Shown in pieces: positions 58,894-64,000 of a stretch of 64,000 nucleotides of DNA. The notes below the pieces were generated by a model. It had not been told where the DNA came from. It saw only the letters and a program-made list of their open reading frames with translations, and searched no databases. The DNA is from the human T2T-CHM13v2.0 reference genome, Homo sapiens. A program made the translations under genes and the position numbers. The stretch is from the NCBI RefSeq assembly GCF_009914755.1, contig NC_060929.1. One strand, given 5' to 3'. Position 1 is the first letter of the stretch, and each line of letters begins with the position of its first letter.

Positions 58894-60501
58894 CTAACAT
58901 ATTTTTGAGTACTTACTCTGTGTCAGGTGCTATATTAAGTACGTCTTCTGCATTTCCCTAAAAAGTAGATCTGATTCTTCACATTTTAGAGATAAGGGAA
59001 TTGAGGCTTTGAGGACTTAGGAAACTTGCCAGATGCAACCTTATACTGCTGAATTCCACGAATCTTGCTGCCTCATTACACTGTCTCCCAGGCTGCAGAC
59101 CAGCACTTTCTTGATTCTTTGTAAAGGGAAACATGTCTTACTTTTCCAAATCCTTGAAATCAACTGCTTGGATAGGGAAGAAAACAATAAGGGATGTAGA
59201 TACCAACAGTAAAATTGTCGAGCAAAGCAGGCTCCACGAGGCGTGGCCAATGGGCAGCTGTTGGCAGTGGCGGATGGGGGTTGTACAATATGAACAGGGC
59301 TTGGACATGTGAACCGGAGTGTCCACACGTGTAGGCAAAAAGGCCTTAGCTGTGCAGGACAGCAAGACAATGGTGGAAAGAGACTGGGCTGGAGACTAGC
59401 TCTCCCCACAATGCTGCATTCTGACATGGACTTCAGAGGGGTCCACGAAGCTAAATTTGACCCTGGATTTGTACATTTGGTCTCTATGGCCTGAGCCAGT
59501 TATAGGCACTGCTGAGAGCAGGCTGGAAAAGGTCTTCATCTTGCTTTTCTCTTCTGGCTGACAAGGGCTGCCCGGAGAACTATATCGAAGAGGATCCTGA
59601 GGCCAAATCTGGACAAAATGCTGTGATTAATTAGTAATGTCTGTCCTGGGTGCAGGGGTGGAGGGTATGATAGGACAGTATGTGTGCTAAGTGTTTGCCT
59701 TCCCTGGAAGTCCACATTGTTATGAAGGTATATTTGTCAAAGTAAAAGGGTGTGATATACCTTATTGAGCAGTTTGTAGCTTGGTTTGTAACTTTCAGCT
59801 GTCGAGATATATGGTAAGTTGGCCTCCATTTGTACTTCTGTGCCTTTCCCTGCATTTGTTAGAAGTGGGTCTAGTGAAAACCAGGCTTTCCTGCTTCTGC
59901 TGTTTTTGCTGCTCCTGCAAGCAGGCCACTCATGGAGGTGTCTGTTGTCCTGTGGTGGTGGGAGAAGTTCTAGCCTCTGACTACTAGTTTTCTGAGTGTG
60001 AGAGTGTGTGTCATACATTCATTTTAGTAATGCCAATTGCAGCAGGTGCAGCAAGGGTCGGAGTGGCAGCAGCCTCCAGACCATAGGAGCCTCCTGATCT
60101 TACCAATGGCAGGGGCCTCCAGGGCCAGCCCCCTAGTTTGGAAGGCAGCCTCCCTAATGCAGAAGAAACCATGGCTTCTTTGGGGGCCTGATTCTTTGGT
60201 GTCACTTAGGGAGTTGTTCCTGAAAGCTTAAGTTCGAATCTGCTTCTTCAGCCTTCTCGATGATTCTATAAGGCATATAAATCCCTGAAATAAATCCTTT
60301 CTATATAAAACTACTAGAGTGGATTCTGTTCTAGGCAACTGACCAGCACAGGGCACTTAGCCTCCCCTCCAGGAACAAGGGAGACTCTGGTGACCTAGGA
60401 AAATCACTTTTGAATGCATTCTAGGGCCTTGTCACTCCATTGAACTTACTGTCTTTGGTAAGGTTTTCTCCGTTTTTATTCTGTACCTGGGTTCAACCTC
60501 T

Positions 60502-60854
60502 CTACTACGGACTGAATTCCTAAAATTCATATGCTAAGCTCTATCCTCCAATGTGATAGTGTTTAGAGAGAGCCTTTGGGAGGGGTTACATGAGACCATA
60601 AGTGTAGGGCCCTTATAATGGGATTAGAGCCCTCATAAAAAGAGACACCAGACAGCTTGCTTTCTCACTCTCCAACCATGTAAGGGCATAGCAAGAAGGC
60701 AGCCATCTACAAGCCAGGAAAAGTAGCCTTACCAGGAACTAACCAGACTGGCACCTTGACTTCCCATTCTCCTAAACAGTAAGAAGTAAATTTCAGTTGT
60801 TTAAGCCAACTAGTCTATGGTATTTTGTCATAGCAGCCCAAGCTGACTAAGACA
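60502..60854 (+). mobile_element. MaLR MLT1A/MSTD-like LTR
   Basis: TACTACGGACTGAAT...ATGGGATTAG...GCAGCCCAAGCTGACTAAGACA. Confidence 0.88.
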
Positions 60855-63105
60855 CTCTGATCCTCCTTCGGATCATCGACCCCCCTCTTCCCCATCTGCC
60901 TGACTTGTATAGATGTGGTTCTGGAGCACTGTCACTCAGGTCTTCCTTGGACCATCAGAGTCCAAGGGCCAATATCAACACCACCCACCCCAGCCTGAGC
61001 TTTAAGAAACCTCAAGTCTAGCAGCTCTCCAAGCCCAGCTGTCTCAGACAAAGAAGCTGACAAACATATGTTGAGACTCTCTATGCAGCACAGTTTGGTG
61101 AGAGCTATTTGATAATGGTGCATTGGGATTGTACAGGAAGAGAGGGCAGGAAGAACAACAGAAATAGTCTTGACCTTGTTGTCCACCTTAAGTAAGTATT
61201 GAGAATGGCACTCATCAAAATTCAGAGAGAATGAAAAGCAAACAGAAAGTGTTCCTTGGTTTTCAAGTTCTTATACAGTTTTTCTAAGAGTCTTTCAAGG
61301 GCTTGAGTGAAATCAAGTAGTTTCATTTTACTACAAGTTCTTGCAAGACAATCTCCAAATTCCAGTGGCCTGGTTTTACCCACTCTCTCCTCTCCAAGTT
61401 TGAATGCTCCTGTACAGACTTACTGCAATTTCACTTGAAGTCATTTCTGTCTCATCCAGTTTCATCTCCCAGCTCATGAGCTCATGGGTTTTGCATGATT
61501 TCAATATGAAGTCATCAGCCAGGCCCAGCTTCCCGTACAGACTTTAAACCCTTAGGATGCTTTGAATAAACTAGATGTAAGCCCCACAGTTTGCACTGAA
61601 ACATGAAACCCAGAGTTTCTCCCAGGTTCTCTCATATATGTGTATATTACATGGTTCACATCTTTCTCTGTTTCTTAAACACTGAAACCTTCCATCCTGC
61701 CTCTCCTCTTGTCGGCACGTGCACTTACCTTCTCGCAGGAGGAGGAGGCCCAGAAGGAACTCAGAGGAGTCAAGTGGTCAAAGCTCAGGAAATACTAGAG
61801 CTCTCTGTTTTACACAGAATTATGTAAGTACATGTTGGAACTAAAGCAACACTGAGCTTCTGGAAGATGAAGAAAAAGAAAATTCCATTCTAAGTCAACT
61901 GCATAAATAATGGAAAATTATATATACTTCAAGTATCCATTAATAGAGTCCACATTCTGAAATCAAGCCAAAACGTGTGGGCCTGGAACTCTGGAATGCA
62001 TATTGACTGAACATTCCTTATTTCCAAAGTCATAGCCAACAACAAAAATCACATTGTGGTATCAGAGCCTCCATTCTTTCTCAAATACTCATGTGTTCTT
62101 TTTGAGCAATGGCCATAAAAGAGTTTATAAAACAACAGCAACAACAACATGAAAGTCATGATAATGACAACTTGAATTTATAGTCTGAGTTTTAAAAATA
62201 AGACAAAAACAATTTGATCATATGTAAAAATCTACATAACTCTCTCTAATTTGATTCAAACAAGTATTATTCATTGAGATCCTATTATGCCCCCACTACT
62301 GTGCTAAGTTCTAAGAAATATGATAAAACTATATTAAATAATTTCTTTTCTCATAGAGTAACAGAAGCAAATATTGAATGTGTGAGATAATTAGAGAACA
62401 ACCAAGGGAAAATAATCTGAGCCATGTTGCTGCCATTAAACCTGATAGGTAGTCAACAATAGAAAGATCAGAGAAGGTTAACAGGTAGAAAAGTATTAAT
62501 TCAAGACAAAGTCATCAAAATAGTCCTTGATGCCTGGAAAAGGTCTGGGAGGTTTCTGTTCTAGTGCTAATGTAGATGACTTTGATCTGAAAGGGGATAA
62601 ATCTAAATACAACTTTTCCCAAGGAGAGTTTAGAAAATGGCCAAATGGAAAGGACTACTCAGAACTCATCACCTTGATAGATTAAAGCTGCTCCAGGTCT
62701 GGAAAGCCTCCAGAGGAGCAGACTAAATCACGTAGAAAAGCTGAAGGGAAAGCCAGTGTGGGTGATTAGCCATGGCAAAGTACCAGATCCAGTTTATCAG
62801 CCACCTTATCCTTGCTCTCTGCCTCCATTTGGAGGAGATGCTGTTAGGAAGAATGTAAGAGGCTAGGCTGAGGAAGGTAAAAAAAAATCTGGTTGTGAGA
62901 AGTAAGCAATATATGAGAAGTCTGGGTGGATATATACCATTTAAAACAACTTCTTCACTACTCTTACAGACATTAAGAAGTCTAAAATGGAATGACTTCC
63001 TTCCTCCATAGTCTTCCAAATCTGGTCATCTTTCTATGTTGCTGATTTTATTCAATGCCACTTTCATTACTCTAGCCACTTTGAAAGGAAATTTCCCTCT
63101 TCACT

Positions 63106-63682
63106 TGTGGGAGGGAAGAAACATTTCTTTCATTAACTGTGTTCAGTGACTGGGACCTGTGAATTAAACTGACAAAAGATAGATTAACAGGAGAAAAAGT
63201 TTATTTACACTTGCAATGTACATACATACTGGAGTGCTCAGTGATGAATAACTCAAAGGTGTGGTTAGAGCTTGGAGCTTATATACCTAATTTAGTCAGT
63301 AGGGGAAAGGTAGGGAAGAGAAATGGCTCCTATGGGAAGAAAAATAGGTTTCTTTAGGAAAGACAAATGAGTTCTTTAGAAGAACAAATAGGAGATAAGA
63401 AAGTTTGAGCATAAAGTTTATACATGTATGAGTGTTCTTTCCATCTTCAGGGACATAAAAATTCCTCAAAGAGAAAGTTTATGCAGATTTACTCTTAGTC
63501 ACTCTTCTGGGGACAGACCAAACTCAAGAGTATTTATAACAGTCTTTATTTCTCAGAAATTTTTGCATATATTCAGATAAGGACAGCACCAAAAGACTTC
63601 TTTCTGTATCTGTTGAATCTCAAAAGTCTTCAGCTTAAAATAATCTTTATACCAACTCTGGCGTTCCAAGGACGCCCCCACA
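63106..63682 (-). mobile_element. ERV1 LTR (MER67-like)
   Basis: TG...CA ends; ACAAAAGATAGATTAACAGGAGAAAAAGTTTATT marks an antisense polyA region. Confidence 0.65.
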
Positions 63683-64000
63683 CCTGCATCTCTGCTTTCA
63701 GTCCATGGCCAAATCTTCTGCTAAAACTACGAGTTTCTGAAGAATTGTATTAATCATTTTTGTTCCCAGAATCTAGAGTAGTGCTGGTACATGGCTTATC
63801 CATTCATTAAATACTTTTGAATGAATTAGTAAATAAACAGAGTATTTTTTTCCTTATATTTGCAAAAGAGCAACAAACAAAAACCATGATACCTACTAGA
63901 GGCTAATTCCCTAACAAAGATACATCTTGAGTCCTGATCTGTCTCCTGAGATACCCACCTGTATTCTCAACTTTTTATGAGGCATTTCCACCAGAAGGTT

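Noticed and set aside
59235-59255. ER-stress element-like CCACG / CGTGGCCAAT
   Set aside because: Spacing fits neither ERSE (CCAAT-N9-CCACG) nor ERSE-II (ATTGG-N-CCACG).

Overview
Primate (most likely human or great-ape) non-coding genomic DNA, dominated by interspersed repeats. It holds about 25 Alu/FLAM copies, several L1 fragments, a dense cluster of ERV1 and MaLR solo LTRs at 2-10 kb, nested MaLR LTRs at 32-36 kb, MER-type DNA-transposon MITEs, MIR/L2 relics and microsatellites. I find no credible host protein-coding exon, RNA gene or CRISPR array. The ORF track is explained by Alu/L1/LTR/low-complexity sequence and non-ATG starts; the only real coding remnant is a frameshifted L1 ORF2 piece at 1-883. 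I cannot support a new biological system here. The most unusual signals are: (i) two different solo LTRs sharing one 4-bp target site (AGAC-MER4-AGAC-LTR1-AGAC); (ii) an Alu whose internal sequence has been rewritten into a perfect hairpin; (iii) a four-octamer cluster in an LTR9-like element; (iv) three co-oriented CTCF-like motifs; (v) a ~125-bp G-quadruplex-prone tract; (vi) a GAS-less MER41A; (vii) a possible TATA/CCAAT promoter near 54.3 kb. Repeat family names come from recall of consensus sequences, not a database search, and boundaries of old elements are approximate.
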